Assembly: GCA_016794365.1 (NCBI GenBank)
Contig: JAEUKB010000025.1
Coordinates: 180,693-244,692, forward strand
Reading direction: 5' to 3'
Length of the DNA: 64,000 nucleotides
DNA from: Myxococcales bacterium
GTDB lineage: Bacteria > Myxococcota_A > Polyangia > Palsa-1104 > JAEUJZ01
Shown here: positions 9,393 through 19,741 of the stretch, piece by piece
Position numbering within the stretch: the stretch's first letter is position 1
How the letters are laid out: every line of letters begins with the position of its first letter
Made by a program: the position numbers and the translations under genes
Notes under the pieces: generated by a model
What the model was told of the DNA's origin: nothing
Seen by the model: only the letters and a program-made list of their open reading frames with translations
Databases searched by the model: none

Positions 9393-10773
9393 CCGCCCGA
9401 ATGTTGAGCGACTGCTTGTGGCGACGACGCTCTTCCATCAGCTCCAGCCGGATGCGCAGCGCTTCTTCATGCGGAATCACACCCTGCTGCGGAGCCACTT
9501 CACGCGTCGAAGGAATCTGCACGCTCGGATCGACGATCCAGAACACGATGACGCGACGACGCGCGCGCTGCGCACCAGCGGCCACTTGCAGCGCGCTCAG
9601 CTTGTGAATGTGCGAGTTCGGAAAGACCACCAGTCGGCCTGTGGGCGTCGCCACGCTGCCAACGGGAATCGTCCCTTCATTGACCAGCTCTTCAATCGGT
9701 CGCGGTCGGCACTGCGAGATGTTCCAGAACAGCCGACCAGCTTCTTCGACGGTGTACGCCCGCTTAAAGTGCAGGTTGCCGCCTTCCAGCGATGCATCGC
9801 GATCCAAGATGTAGACGCAGGTGGCGACGATGTGCTCGTGGCTCATGCCTTCAACGTGCCAGACTCCTTCGTGCGTCTCGCCTGCCGCTAGCTGATACTC
9901 GACGATCTTGGGAACGACCAAAAGCTCTCGTCCGCGCAGCGATGTGGCCTGGACCTGATGAGAGGTCTGCTTGGGCTTCTCTGGCAGATCGCCCTCGTGC
10001 TCGATGTCGCTGTGCTCTTCCTTCCAGAAGTCGGTCCGATCGACGTAGCCCACGACGCTCTCGATGAGCGGCAGCGCCGTCGCAAACAGTGCAGCCAGAT
10101 CGTCGTAGACCGCCGCAAACTGCGTGCGATCCAGGTTGTTGATGTACGACTCAATCATTACCGAGCCATCGCTGCCAATCCGAAACGGCGTCGGTAGCCA
10201 CTGATAGATCGACCCCTCGTAGACCCGGCCAAAGCGATCGTATTCGGGCGACTTTTTCTGGGTCTTTGGCACCGGCTTCGTCAGCACCGAGCGCCCTTGC
10301 ACAAACGGATACAGCGACGGATGCACGATGTCCCGAACCTTGGTCCCCGATCCCGGATGATGGTCCACCGGCAGCTTGTCACACAGCAGTTGAACGTCCG
10401 CTTGCAGACGCCGCACCAGCTCCGACGGAACCAGATCATCCCCATACGCGATGCCATCGGGAGCCGGGTTCTGAAGGTGCCGATCCCAGATCGACGAAAT
10501 GCCCGGCGAAGAGACGATGCGAATCCACAGATCCTCGTTCGTTAGCTCCACCTGCTGGTCTTGACCGGGGACGCGATACACCGTCGTGTCCCCTTTGTGT
10601 TCGACCACTTCAAATGTGTTTTCATCGGGCAGCTCACCCGAGACGACCGCTTCTTCGCTCAAATCGTCGATCTCGACGGTATCTCCCGGCTGGGCTTGAT
10701 AGTCTTCTCCGTACTCGAGAAGCTCATTGACGAACGCAAAGTCAGTGGTGTGGGCAAGCTGAGTCGTGGACAT
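9373..10773 (-). CDS. Conserved hypothetical protein, tentatively DUF4246-like (family otherwise mostly fungal)
   Basis: 466 aa from MSTTQLAHTTDFAFVNELL; acidic, non-repetitive, good coding composition. Upstream in-frame extension to 10893 is Arg/Cys-rich and is rejected. Confidence 0.5.
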   Translation of the reverse strand: MSTTQLAHTTDFAFVNELLEYGEDYQAQPGDTVEIDDLSEEAVVSGELPDENTFEVVEHKGDTTVYRVPGQDQQVELTNEDLWIRIVSSPGISSIWDRHLQNPAPDGIAYGDDLVPSELVRRLQADVQLLCDKLPVDHHPGSGTKVRDIVHPSLYPFVQGRSVLTKPVPKTQKKSPEYDRFGRVYEGSIYQWLPTPFRIGSDGSVMIESYINNLDRTQFAAVYDDLAALFATALPLIESVVGYVDRTDFWKEEHSDIEHEGDLPEKPKQTSHQVQATSLRGRELLVVPKIVEYQLAAGETHEGVWHVEGMSHEHIVATCVYILDRDASLEGGNLHFKRAYTVEEAGRLFWNISQCRPRPIEELVNEGTIPVGSVATPTGRLVVFPNSHIHKLSALQVAAGAQRARRRVIVFWIVDPSVQIPSTREVAPQQGVIPHEEALRIRLELMEERRRHKQSLNIRAVSLCEH

Positions 10774-10868
10774 CGAGTCTCCAGTGGCAAAGGCACAGCG
10801 GCCAGGGTTTTCGGTGGCGCAAGTCCTAGAACCGATACAGTAGCGAACCCAGCCGACAGCGGGAATGC

Positions 10869-12818
10869 CTACAGCGTCTTTCGGACGATGCACTCGCCGC
10901 TGCCGACCACCACCAGCTCGTTTGGGGTCGTAAAGCCGATGCTGTTGCCCTCGAAGTGAAGCGAGTGGATGACGGGCTCTTTTCCTTCGTGTAGCTCGAT
11001 GACCTCACCGCCGCTTACCAGCACCCACAGCCCGCGCGGACTGCTTAGCTCGCCTGCGATTCCAACCACGATGCGGTAGTTTCGCAGTCCAAAGCGCAGC
11101 GGCGGCAGTGCAACGACCCGACTGCCGCTGCCGTCTAGGCGCAGCAAGGTGGACTGATCACCACCGATGTAGATCTCGCTGCTGCTGACGACATGAACCG
11201 CTGCCAGATCCGCCGTGGTGCCAAGCGTGATCGGGGCAAAGCCGGAAGGGAGCTTGCGTCTCCACGCGGCACCGCCTACGCCGACGGCCCAGACATCGCT
11301 GCCCGCGACGCCATCGACATCCTGCACCCAGCCGAAGGTTCCCACCGTGACAAGCCGCGAAAAGGTGCCGCCTTGGTAGCTGACGATGCCCGACTTGCCG
11401 ACGAAGATCAGCTCGCCGGTGTCGGGGCTCTGCCAGCTCTGGTTCATCCAGAAGCTCGCAACCGAGGACGCCTTTGCTTCAAAGCGCGTTCCGTTCCAGT
11501 ACAGGACCGCATCGGCGCTCGAGCTGGTGCTGACCGCCCAGGCCTTGGTCGCATCGATCGGCAGGATGCCGCCCACTTCCAGCTTGTCGTGTGCGGTCTT
11601 TTGCCAGGTGCCGCCGCGCGTCTTGCGCAGAAGGAAGCCGCCTGCCACCGACCACTCGACGCCATCTTTGGCCCGGATGCCGCCTGCGAACGTGTAGTCA
11701 CTGCCCGGTCCCGCATTCTGGACGACCCAGCCCGCTCCGCTGCGGGTCAGGATGCGACCGTAGACGCCGACCGCAAAGCCGGTGCCGCCGATGCTGGTGG
11801 TGCTGCGGACTGTGCGCTCGCGGCTCGACTCGGTCAGCGTCCAGGTGGTTCCATCAAAGTGACCGACGCCCGCATCCCCAAACAGCCAGACATCACCTGC
11901 CGACGTGGACTCAACGGCGCACTGGTTCAGGGCCAGCCGCCGCACCGCATCCGGCATCATCACCCGCACAAAGTCTGTGCCGTTCCACTTGCGCAGCGGA
12001 TACGGCTCTTGCGGTACGCAGACATAGATCGCATCCGCCGTCTTGCCGCTCATCCCGGTCGCCGCATGAGAGCTGGCGCTCGTGTCCAGATCCGCCACCG
12101 ACCACGCCGAGCCATTCCAGAACTGCATCGTCCCCGCGTGCGTCATCCACAGGTGCGACGCATCGAAGCTGTGCAGATACGTGCGCGTCGTGGGCGCATA
12201 CGGAGCCGTCATGCTCTGCCACATGCTGCCGCTGCGCCGATACAGCACCTTTTCACCGGCAATCCACGCCTCGCTCGTCGATGGCATCGTCACGTCGTAC
12301 AGGTTGGCGCTGGTGCCCAGATCGATCGTCGTCCAGCTGGTGCCGTTGTACTGGATGACCGTGCCCGCTTCGCCCACCGCCAAGATGCTGCTGCGACTTG
12401 TGCCCGCGATGCCGTACAGCGTGTGGCGTGTGGGCGACTTGGCGATGCTCCAGCTTGTGCCATCGAAGTGCAAGAGCGCGCCGCTCTCACCCACCGCCCA
12501 GACATCGGTCGGAGACGCGGCCCACACATCATGCAGCGAGATGCCAAAGCGACTCGGATGCTCGAAGCAAAAGCCCGTCGCAGTACACAGTGAGCCGGGA
12601 GCGACCGTGCCGCCGTCTCCACCATCTGACGCGCTGCCGAGATCGACCTGTCCCCCATCGCTGCCGCCGCCATCGGGCATGGCCAGGCCCAGATCGGGTG
12701 GGTCTTCGCCCAAGTCGCGTTCCTGATTTCCAGATGGATGACAGCCCAGCCACAGGCTCATCGTCAAAGCGGCGGCCATCCGCCACGCGGTCTGCTTGAT
12801 GTTCACGGTCACACGCAC
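10869..12818 (-). CDS. Lipoprotein with Ycf48/BNR-like beta-propeller repeats
   Basis: Lipobox LWLGC. More than 8 repeats of the pattern [VI]WAVGxxGxxLxxDGTSW (for example DVWAVGESGALLHFDGTSW, EAWIAGEKVLY, DVWLFGDAGVGHFDGTTW). Confidence 0.65.
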   Translation of the reverse strand: MRVTVNIKQTAWRMAAALTMSLWLGCHPSGNQERDLGEDPPDLGLAMPDGGGSDGGQVDLGSASDGGDGGTVAPGSLCTATGFCFEHPSRFGISLHDVWAASPTDVWAVGESGALLHFDGTSWSIAKSPTRHTLYGIAGTSRSSILAVGEAGTVIQYNGTSWTTIDLGTSANLYDVTMPSTSEAWIAGEKVLYRRSGSMWQSMTAPYAPTTRTYLHSFDASHLWMTHAGTMQFWNGSAWSVADLDTSASSHAATGMSGKTADAIYVCVPQEPYPLRKWNGTDFVRVMMPDAVRRLALNQCAVESTSAGDVWLFGDAGVGHFDGTTWTLTESSRERTVRSTTSIGGTGFAVGVYGRILTRSGAGWVVQNAGPGSDYTFAGGIRAKDGVEWSVAGGFLLRKTRGGTWQKTAHDKLEVGGILPIDATKAWAVSTSSSADAVLYWNGTRFEAKASSVASFWMNQSWQSPDTGELIFVGKSGIVSYQGGTFSRLVTVGTFGWVQDVDGVAGSDVWAVGVGGAAWRRKLPSGFAPITLGTTADLAAVHVVSSSEIYIGGDQSTLLRLDGSGSRVVALPPLRFGLRNYRIVVGIAGELSSPRGLWVLVSGGEVIELHEGKEPVIHSLHFEGNSIGFTTPNELVVVGSGECIVRKTL

Positions 12819-12918
12819 TTTCTACGAAGAAGGGTGCGCGAAGCTGTACCACGACTTGCGAGTCATCCTGCGCCCCTTGGCTCTTTGACCCGACCGCAGC
12901 CCGTCCGCTCGTGGACGT

Positions 12919-13635
12919 GTGCAGTGTCAGCCCATGTCCATGGATTCGCGGCTACAGTGGTGGCAGGATCCAGGCTCGGTTGTGAATCGTCAAACAGCCT
13001 TACGTATCGCGGTGATCGCAGTGGTGGTGGCGGTGCTCGCTGTCGCCTACCGCACCGGCGTGCTTGCCAAGTTTTCCAGCAGGCAGATGGCGCAGCAGAC
13101 GCTGCTTGGCCTGGGCGGACTTGGCTATCTGGCGTTTGTCGGGGCCTACACCGTGCTTCAGCCCTTTGGCATTCCGGGCTCGATCTTTGTGTTTGTTGCG
13201 CCGCTCATCTGGCCGTTTGAGATCGCCTTTGCCCTGTCGATGGTCGGCACCATGTCCGCCAGCGTGGTGGGCTTTTCCTTTTCCCGCTTTGTTGCGCGCG
13301 ACTGGCTGGCGCCCAAGATTCCAGCCCGCTTTGCCCGCTACAACGACGACCTCGAGCGCCGCGCCTTTGTCACCGTGGTGCTTCTGCGCATGGTGTTCTG
13401 GATGTCGCAGCCGCTGCATGCGTTCCTCGGCCTGTCGAAGGTTCCGTTTTGGACGCACTTTTGGGGATCGTTTGTCGGTTATCTGCCCGTGCTGGCGGCC
13501 ACGAGCTACTTCGGACCCGCGCTGATTGAGTGGATGAAGGCCCATCCGCTGCTCGGCTTTCTGATCCTGCTGACCCTGTTTCTGCTGATCTTGGCCTGGC
13601 ACTACCGCAAGCTGACTCGTCCTTCCGTTCGCTAG
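12919..13635 (+). CDS. TVP38/TMEM64 (DedA/VTT-domain) family membrane protein
   Basis: Multi-TM; VTVVLLRMVFWMSQPL...PFWTHFWGSFVGYLP matches the VTT-domain signature. Confidence 0.65.
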   Translation: MQCQPMSMDSRLQWWQDPGSVVNRQTALRIAVIAVVVAVLAVAYRTGVLAKFSSRQMAQQTLLGLGGLGYLAFVGAYTVLQPFGIPGSIFVFVAPLIWPFEIAFALSMVGTMSASVVGFSFSRFVARDWLAPKIPARFARYNDDLERRAFVTVVLLRMVFWMSQPLHAFLGLSKVPFWTHFWGSFVGYLPVLAATSYFGPALIEWMKAHPLLGFLILLTLFLLILAWHYRKLTRPSVR

Positions 13636-13734
13636 TGCTCGCTCCGGCTTTTTCGCTGGCTTCGCCGTCCTCCGTGGTATGTCACAGCCTTGCTGTTTCA
13701 CGAAGGCATCACCCGTACTTTGGAGGCGCGCCGG

Positions 13735-15423
13735 ATGCACATCGCTAGCAGTGAAACCACCCGTCCTCGTTACGGACTGCGGGCCATCGGGCTCGGACTT
13801 CTCGCGGTGTCAATCGGCGGCTGCGCACCCGAGCTGGATGTGCAGTCGTCCGCGCCACCTGTGGCAGCCGCCCCGCTCCAGCTTCAGCGGCTCACCAGCA
13901 GTCGCTATCTGTCCACCCTGCACAGTCTGTTTGATGAAGAGGGCTTTCCGGCCCTGCGCTGGCCCACCCAGCTAGAGCGCGACACCTTGCTGCACGGCTA
14001 TTCCACCGTGGGCGCCAGCGAGCTGACCATTTCTCCGCGTGCCGCCGAGCAGTATGAAGAAGCGGCGCTTGATGTCACCGGGCAGGTCTTTGCCGATGCC
14101 GCGCGGCGCAAGGCCTGGGTCGGCTGCGAGCCCATGTCGAGCGAGCCAAGCGATGACTGTGTGCGCTCGTTTGTTCAGAACCAAGGCGCGCGCTTTTATC
14201 GCCGCCCGCTCACCACGCAGGAACAGGACGAGTACCTGACCCTCATCGAAAAGATCGGCAAAGCGCTGTCGGATCCGTGGCAGGGCTTGCGCTTTGCGAC
14301 CGTGGCCTGGCTTCAGTCGCCGCACCTGCTGTACCTGGTCGAACAGGGCGAGCCCGATCCCGAGCGACCCGACCGCCTTCGCCTCTCCGGCCCTGAGCTG
14401 GCCACCCGACTGTCTTATCTGTTGTGGAACACCACGCCTGATGCCGAGCTACAGCGCGCCGCCCAGTCCGGTGAGCTGCTCTCGGAGGAAGGACTGCTCA
14501 AGCAGACCCGGCGACTGCTGGCCGCGCCAAAGGCCGAGCCCTTTACCGACCAGTTCTTCGGCGAGTTTTTGTACCTAGACCGGCTCGATACGGTCAGCAA
14601 AAACGCCATGCAGTTCCCCGAGTGGACGCCTCAGCTCGCCAGCGCCATGCGCGGGGAGGTGCTGCGCCTTCTGCGCGAGCTGGCCCAGTCCGGCGATCAC
14701 GACATGCGCGAGCTGTTTGACACCCGCACCACCTTCGTCAACAGCGACCTGGCCGGACACTATGGACTGCCTGCGGAGCTTACGCCACCGCCGGGAACCT
14801 GGAAACAGATCGAGCTTCCCAGCACCATGCAGCCGGGACTGCTCGGACGCGCTGGGCTGCTCTCTTTGTTTGCCCATGCGACCGTGACTTCGCCCACCTT
14901 GCGCGGAAAGTTCATTCGTCAGCAGCTCCTCTGTCAGGACATTCCGCCGCCGCCGCCCGGTGTCGCCGTCAACCTGGAAGCAGAGCCATCGGGCACCCCC
15001 AAGACCATGCGCGAAAAGCTGGCCAAGCACCGGGATGCTCCAGGGTGCGAAGGCTGTCATCGCCTGATGGACCCGATTGGCCTTTCGCTCGAGCACTTCG
15101 GACCGACCGGCAAGTATCGCGCCGAGGACAACGGCCTGCCGATCGATCCCAGCGGTGAGCTGGACGGACAGCCGTTTGCCGACAGCTTTGGGCTTGCATC
15201 TGTGCTTCGTCAAAGCCCGCGCATTGCCGAGTGCATGACCCGTCAGCTCTATCGCTACGCCACCGCCCACTTGGAGCTACGCAGCGAGCAGGAACAGATC
15301 CTCATCCTCGGGCGGAAGTTCGCACAGACCGGCTTCCGCTTCCCGCAGCTTGTGGAATCGCTCGTGCTCAGCGAAGGCTTCCGCTACGCCGCCCGGCCCG
15401 AGCCTTCGACCGACAGCCAGTAA
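13735..15423 (+). CDS. DUF1592/DUF1588-type lipoprotein with a CxxCH heme-c motif (Planctomycete-type PSD protein)
   Basis: Lipobox SIGGC. Motif PGCEGCHRLMDPIGL (CxxCH). Paired with a downstream DUF1552 protein, as is typical for this family. Confidence 0.55.
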   Translation: MHIASSETTRPRYGLRAIGLGLLAVSIGGCAPELDVQSSAPPVAAAPLQLQRLTSSRYLSTLHSLFDEEGFPALRWPTQLERDTLLHGYSTVGASELTISPRAAEQYEEAALDVTGQVFADAARRKAWVGCEPMSSEPSDDCVRSFVQNQGARFYRRPLTTQEQDEYLTLIEKIGKALSDPWQGLRFATVAWLQSPHLLYLVEQGEPDPERPDRLRLSGPELATRLSYLLWNTTPDAELQRAAQSGELLSEEGLLKQTRRLLAAPKAEPFTDQFFGEFLYLDRLDTVSKNAMQFPEWTPQLASAMRGEVLRLLRELAQSGDHDMRELFDTRTTFVNSDLAGHYGLPAELTPPPGTWKQIELPSTMQPGLLGRAGLLSLFAHATVTSPTLRGKFIRQQLLCQDIPPPPPGVAVNLEAEPSGTPKTMREKLAKHRDAPGCEGCHRLMDPIGLSLEHFGPTGKYRAEDNGLPIDPSGELDGQPFADSFGLASVLRQSPRIAECMTRQLYRYATAHLELRSEQEQILILGRKFAQTGFRFPQLVESLVLSEGFRYAARPEPSTDSQ

Positions 15424-15432
15424 GAGGTCCAT

Positions 15433-16743
15433 ATGTCCAGAATCATCATCCCCAGACGGACGTTCCTCAAAGGCATGCTGCACGGCGCGCAGGTGGCACT
15501 CGCGCTGCCGCTGCTCGAATCGATGACCCCAGCGCGAGCCGAGGCGACCGCACCCCGCCGCTTCGGTCTGTGGTTTTGGGGCAACGGCATTCGTCGTGCG
15601 CACTGGATTCCCAAGACCACCGGAGCCGCTTGGGACGCTCCCGAAGAGCTGGCTCCGCTGGCCGGGGTGCGCCGCTTCGTCAACGTCCTCACCGGCCTGG
15701 AGATCAAGACCGCGACCCACCCGCATCACTCGGGCATGACCGGCATCCTGACCGGCGCGCGGTATCACCAAGTCGGCACCACCCGCGACACCATCGTCAC
15801 CACCTGCGCGCAAAAGACCGTCGATCAGATCGCAGCGGATCACCTCGGACAGGGCACGCCCTTTCGCTCGCTGGAGATCGGCATCTGTCGCTTTCGCGGC
15901 ACCGATGAAGGAACGACCTTCCAGCACCTGTCCCACAACGGTCCGAACAACGTCAATCCGTCCGAATACTCTGCCCCAGCGCTGTTCAATCGGCTGTTTC
16001 CCAAGCTTCCGAACGCGGCAGAGCTGTCGGCGCGACGCAGCGTGCTCGATGCCGTGCGGGGTCAGGTCAGTCGGCTGCGCGGACAGGTCTCTGCCCTCGA
16101 TCGCCAGCGCCTAGAGCAGCACACCGAGAGCATCCGCAGCATCGAGCGGCGACTCGAGATGGCCGCCCAGACTTGCCAGGCCCCAGCCCGGCCCAGCGAC
16201 CATCCCGATGTCATGGGTCAAGAGCAGATCGAGCAGCACAACCAAGTGATGAGCGACCTGCTCGCGCTGGCTCTGTCTTGTGACCTGACGCGCGTGTTCT
16301 CGGTGCTGTTTAGCAGTGCCGGGTCGGGCGTAATTGTCTGGCAGGCAGGGGCCACCAACGGCCTGCATCAGCTCTGTCATGACGAGCCCGCCCCCCAGCC
16401 GGTGGTCCATCAGGCCATCGTCTTTACCATGAAGCAGCTTGGCTACTTTCTGTCCCGCCTGCGCGACACCCCGGAGCTGGGCGGCAACCTGCTCGATAGC
16501 TGCGCCATCCTGTGTACCACCGAGCTGTCCGAAGGCAACGTCCACAGCAACGACGAGTTCCCGATCCTTACGGCGGGTCTTGCGGGCGGCAAGCTGCGGG
16601 GCGGACTGCATGTCCGATCCACGTTCAAAGGCAACACCAGCTTGGCACCGATGTCCGTCCTGCAAGCGGCGGGCTGCCCGATCAGTAGCTTTGGCTATGG
16701 CGCAGGTCGCGTCGATGAAGGAATTGCCGAGATCTTGGTCTAG
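15433..16743 (+). CDS. DUF1552 family protein with twin-arginine (Tat) signal
   Basis: MSRIIIPRRTFLKGML...ARAEA Tat motif; 436 aa. Classical partner of DUF1592 proteins. Confidence 0.55.
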   Translation: MSRIIIPRRTFLKGMLHGAQVALALPLLESMTPARAEATAPRRFGLWFWGNGIRRAHWIPKTTGAAWDAPEELAPLAGVRRFVNVLTGLEIKTATHPHHSGMTGILTGARYHQVGTTRDTIVTTCAQKTVDQIAADHLGQGTPFRSLEIGICRFRGTDEGTTFQHLSHNGPNNVNPSEYSAPALFNRLFPKLPNAAELSARRSVLDAVRGQVSRLRGQVSALDRQRLEQHTESIRSIERRLEMAAQTCQAPARPSDHPDVMGQEQIEQHNQVMSDLLALALSCDLTRVFSVLFSSAGSGVIVWQAGATNGLHQLCHDEPAPQPVVHQAIVFTMKQLGYFLSRLRDTPELGGNLLDSCAILCTTELSEGNVHSNDEFPILTAGLAGGKLRGGLHVRSTFKGNTSLAPMSVLQAAGCPISSFGYGAGRVDEGIAEILV

Positions 16744-16788
16744 CCAGGGTGTCAGCGCCGCCTTGGCACCTTGGCACCCGGCTTGGCC

Positions 16789-18717
16789 CTACACAGACAG
16801 TCCGAACTGGCTGTCTTGATACAGCCGGTCTAGCTCGGGACGGTACTTTTCCTCCACCTCGCGGCGGCGCACCTTCATCGTCGGGGTCAGCTCGCCATGT
16901 TCTTGGCACAGATCACGCGGCAGGATCAGCACGCGACGCACTTGCTCGACGTGTGCCAGGTGCTCGTTGCCCTTGCGAATCGCCGCGAGCAGCCGCTCCG
17001 CAAACGCCTGACTTTGTACAATCGGCTCCATCGCCTGCGCCAGTGCCTGACTGCGCGCGCTCGGGTTGGCCAGCAGCTCTTCGGTCCGCGCCTTGACCTC
17101 TTCTTTGCTGACCAGACCGCGTACAAGTCCCCAGTCGAGCGTCTCCAGCGGGCTCGGCGCGATGATGGCGCTCACGTAGGGCCGCATGTCCCCGTGCGCA
17201 ATGACGTGGCTGATCAGCGGATCGGTACTCTTTAAGGCGGACTCGATGTTCCCCGGAGACAGGTTCTTGCCGCCCGCCGTGATGATCAGGTGTTTTTTGC
17301 GGTCGGTGATGCGCAAAAAGCCATCGTCATCGACGGATCCAATGTCGCCGGTATGGAGCCAGCCATCGACGATCGCTTGCGCGGTCGCTTCCGGGTTGCG
17401 GTAGTAGCCCTGGAACACCTGCGGGCCGCGAATCAGGATCTCGCCGTCCGCTGCCAGCTTCTGCTCCAGTCCCGAAAGCAGCTTGCCCACCGTGCCGAGC
17501 CGCACCTGTTCCAGCGTGTTGGCATGCGTCACAGCGGTCGCTTCTGTCATCCCGTACGCTTCCAGGATCGGCATCCCGGCGGCCCAGAAAAAGCGCAGCA
17601 CATCCTTGGGCGTTGGTGCCGCACCCACGATGAAGTAGCGCACCCGACCCCCGAAGAACGAGCGAATCTTGCGCCACAGCAGCCGATCCGCCAGCCGATG
17701 CTGAAGCTCCAGCGACCACGGCACCGGCTGTCCGGCCTGCTGCTTGTCCAGGCGCTCGCCGCTTACCTGTCGGGCCCAGGCAAAGACTGCGCGCACGGGG
17801 GCGGGCTTGCGCTCGACCTCGGTCAGGATCTTGCTGTAGGCCTTTTCAAAGATGCGCGGCACCGATCCAAACACCGTCGGACCGACCTCGCGCAGGTCCT
17901 CGAGCAGGCGGCTCATGCTGCTGGCAAAGGCCGTGGCCACCCCGGTCGAGATCCGACCATAAAACGACAGCACCCGCTCTGCCGAGTGAGCCATTGGCAG
18001 AAAGCTGATCGTGATGTCGTCTGCGAAAAAGCCCGCAAAGCCCTTGCCGTTGCCCAGCAGCGAAAGCAGGTTGCGGTGTGACAGCATCGCGCCTTTGGGT
18101 GGCCCGGTGGTTCCCGACGTGTAGATCAGGATCGCGGTGTCGTCCGGTGAGATGGCCGACAGCGACTCACTGACCTGCTGCGGCGTCAGCGGCTCGGCTT
18201 CCAGCACGCGCGGCGACAGAAGCCGCGCATCGGCCCCCTGATGACGCACCGACAGCGCCTCGTCCCAGGCAATGATGGCGGTCAGGCTGGGCAGGTTTTG
18301 CGCCGCGACCAGGACGTTTTGTAGCTCGGACTCATCCCCGACCAGCACCACCTGCGCTTGGCTGTGGTCAAGCAGGTAGTGAATCTGCTCTGCCGTCTGA
18401 CCTTGGTAGATGCCGAAGCTCACCAGACCCAGTAGCTGCGCCGCCAGGTCATACAGCGACCACGAAAGCTGGGTCGGCCCCACGATCGCCAGTCGGTCCC
18501 CGCGCCGCAGCGACAGCTTGCGCAGCCCCGCCGCGATCCGTAAGACCTTCTGATAGACCTGCGACCAGGTGTGTGGTCGCCAAGCGCTGCCTTCTCGCTC
18601 GAAGAAGGCCTGCCGGTCAGGGGTGGCTTCGACTCGCTTGCGCAGCATATCGCCGAGCGTGCGCGACGAGTGCGAGATGTGAAGCGCGGGCACATGCGGA
18701 GCATTTACCGAAAGCAT
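16789..18717 (-). CDS. fadD: Long-chain fatty acid--CoA ligase (AMP-dependent synthetase)
   Basis: AMP-binding motif YTSGTTGPPKGAMLSH, plus GYGMTE-like AYGMTEA and GWLHTGDIG. Confidence 0.85.
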   Translation of the reverse strand: MLSVNAPHVPALHISHSSRTLGDMLRKRVEATPDRQAFFEREGSAWRPHTWSQVYQKVLRIAAGLRKLSLRRGDRLAIVGPTQLSWSLYDLAAQLLGLVSFGIYQGQTAEQIHYLLDHSQAQVVLVGDESELQNVLVAAQNLPSLTAIIAWDEALSVRHQGADARLLSPRVLEAEPLTPQQVSESLSAISPDDTAILIYTSGTTGPPKGAMLSHRNLLSLLGNGKGFAGFFADDITISFLPMAHSAERVLSFYGRISTGVATAFASSMSRLLEDLREVGPTVFGSVPRIFEKAYSKILTEVERKPAPVRAVFAWARQVSGERLDKQQAGQPVPWSLELQHRLADRLLWRKIRSFFGGRVRYFIVGAAPTPKDVLRFFWAAGMPILEAYGMTEATAVTHANTLEQVRLGTVGKLLSGLEQKLAADGEILIRGPQVFQGYYRNPEATAQAIVDGWLHTGDIGSVDDDGFLRITDRKKHLIITAGGKNLSPGNIESALKSTDPLISHVIAHGDMRPYVSAIIAPSPLETLDWGLVRGLVSKEEVKARTEELLANPSARSQALAQAMEPIVQSQAFAERLLAAIRKGNEHLAHVEQVRRVLILPRDLCQEHGELTPTMKVRRREVEEKYRPELDRLYQDSQFGLSV

Positions 18718-18758
18718 CGCGCCGCCAGAGTATGCAAATTGGCCCCGCGTCCAAAAGG

Positions 18759-19664
18759 CTAATTGTGAAGCGTCTTTGCGAAGAACTGCGCGACGTGCTC
18801 GGTGTAGGCCGCTGGGTCGGCATCAAAGCCCGCCGCGTGCTGGGCCTTGGGCTGAATCCACAGCGCCGAGCCCGGTAGCTGGGCCGCCATCTCCTGCGAG
18901 TCACTCGGCGCAATCAGCGTGTCGTCCGCCGCATGGGTAAACAGCACCTGCGCTTTGATCTGCGGCACCTTGTCAATGGGCCGCACCGAGAGCACGTCCG
19001 TACCCAGCCACAGCCGCGCCACCAGACGCGCCGCAGGCATCACCACAGAGGGCAGGTGGGTGCGGCGGTGCCACTCTCTGCGCATCAGGCGTCCAAAGTC
19101 CGCGTAGCCACAGTCGGCGATGACCGCTTGGACCTGCGGATCTTGCGCGGCAGCCAGCAGCACAGAGGCCGCGCCCATCGACACCCCATGTAGACCAATC
19201 TGGCTGCGGCTGTAGCCTTGGCTCGTCAGGTAATCGACGCCGCCCAGCACATCGCGGCTCTCGTGAACGCCGAAGCTAAAGCGCGCATCCGAGGACTGTC
19301 CGTGCCCGCGCAGGTCCATCGCGAGCAGTGCAAAGCCCTGCTGATGCAGCGCGGCCAGAAACTCGACGTTGCGGTGGTTCTGTTCGTTGGTGCGGCTGCC
19401 ATCTTTGCCATGCACCATCACCAGCGCGGCGCGGCGGCTGTCGTGCGGCACATACCAGGCAGCCAGCTGGGCATCCCCCCCGCGCGATGGAAAGCGCACA
19501 TCCTGATAGGTCAGCCCGCGCTGACCGGGGTTCTGACCCGGATCGAAGTGGCGCTGCGGCTTGCTGAGCACAGCCACCACCGCAAAGCCCAACGCAACGT
19601 ACAGCACTGCCGCCGTCAGAAGCAGGCGACCAAGCAGGCGAACCGCAGGCGACTTCATCAGCAA
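18759..19664 (-). CDS. Alpha/beta hydrolase (membrane-anchored)
   Basis: N-terminal TM, HGKDGS oxyanion region, GxSxG nucleophile elbow LHGVSMGA, and a later Asp/His region. Confidence 0.7.
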   Translation of the reverse strand: MLMKSPAVRLLGRLLLTAAVLYVALGFAVVAVLSKPQRHFDPGQNPGQRGLTYQDVRFPSRGGDAQLAAWYVPHDSRRAALVMVHGKDGSRTNEQNHRNVEFLAALHQQGFALLAMDLRGHGQSSDARFSFGVHESRDVLGGVDYLTSQGYSRSQIGLHGVSMGAASVLLAAAQDPQVQAVIADCGYADFGRLMRREWHRRTHLPSVVMPAARLVARLWLGTDVLSVRPIDKVPQIKAQVLFTHAADDTLIAPSDSQEMAAQLPGSALWIQPKAQHAAGFDADPAAYTEHVAQFFAKTLHN

Positions 19665-19741
19665 CTCCGGTCTGACGCAACGCGGGCGTCTAGAAAACAG
19701 GGACGAGGCTCTACTGTACCGCGAATCGCAAGGGGCCGGGC

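Noticed and set aside
11193-12593. 466-aa ORF on the plus strand
   Set aside because: Antisense to the beta-propeller lipoprotein gene. Ala/Arg-rich low-complexity translation.
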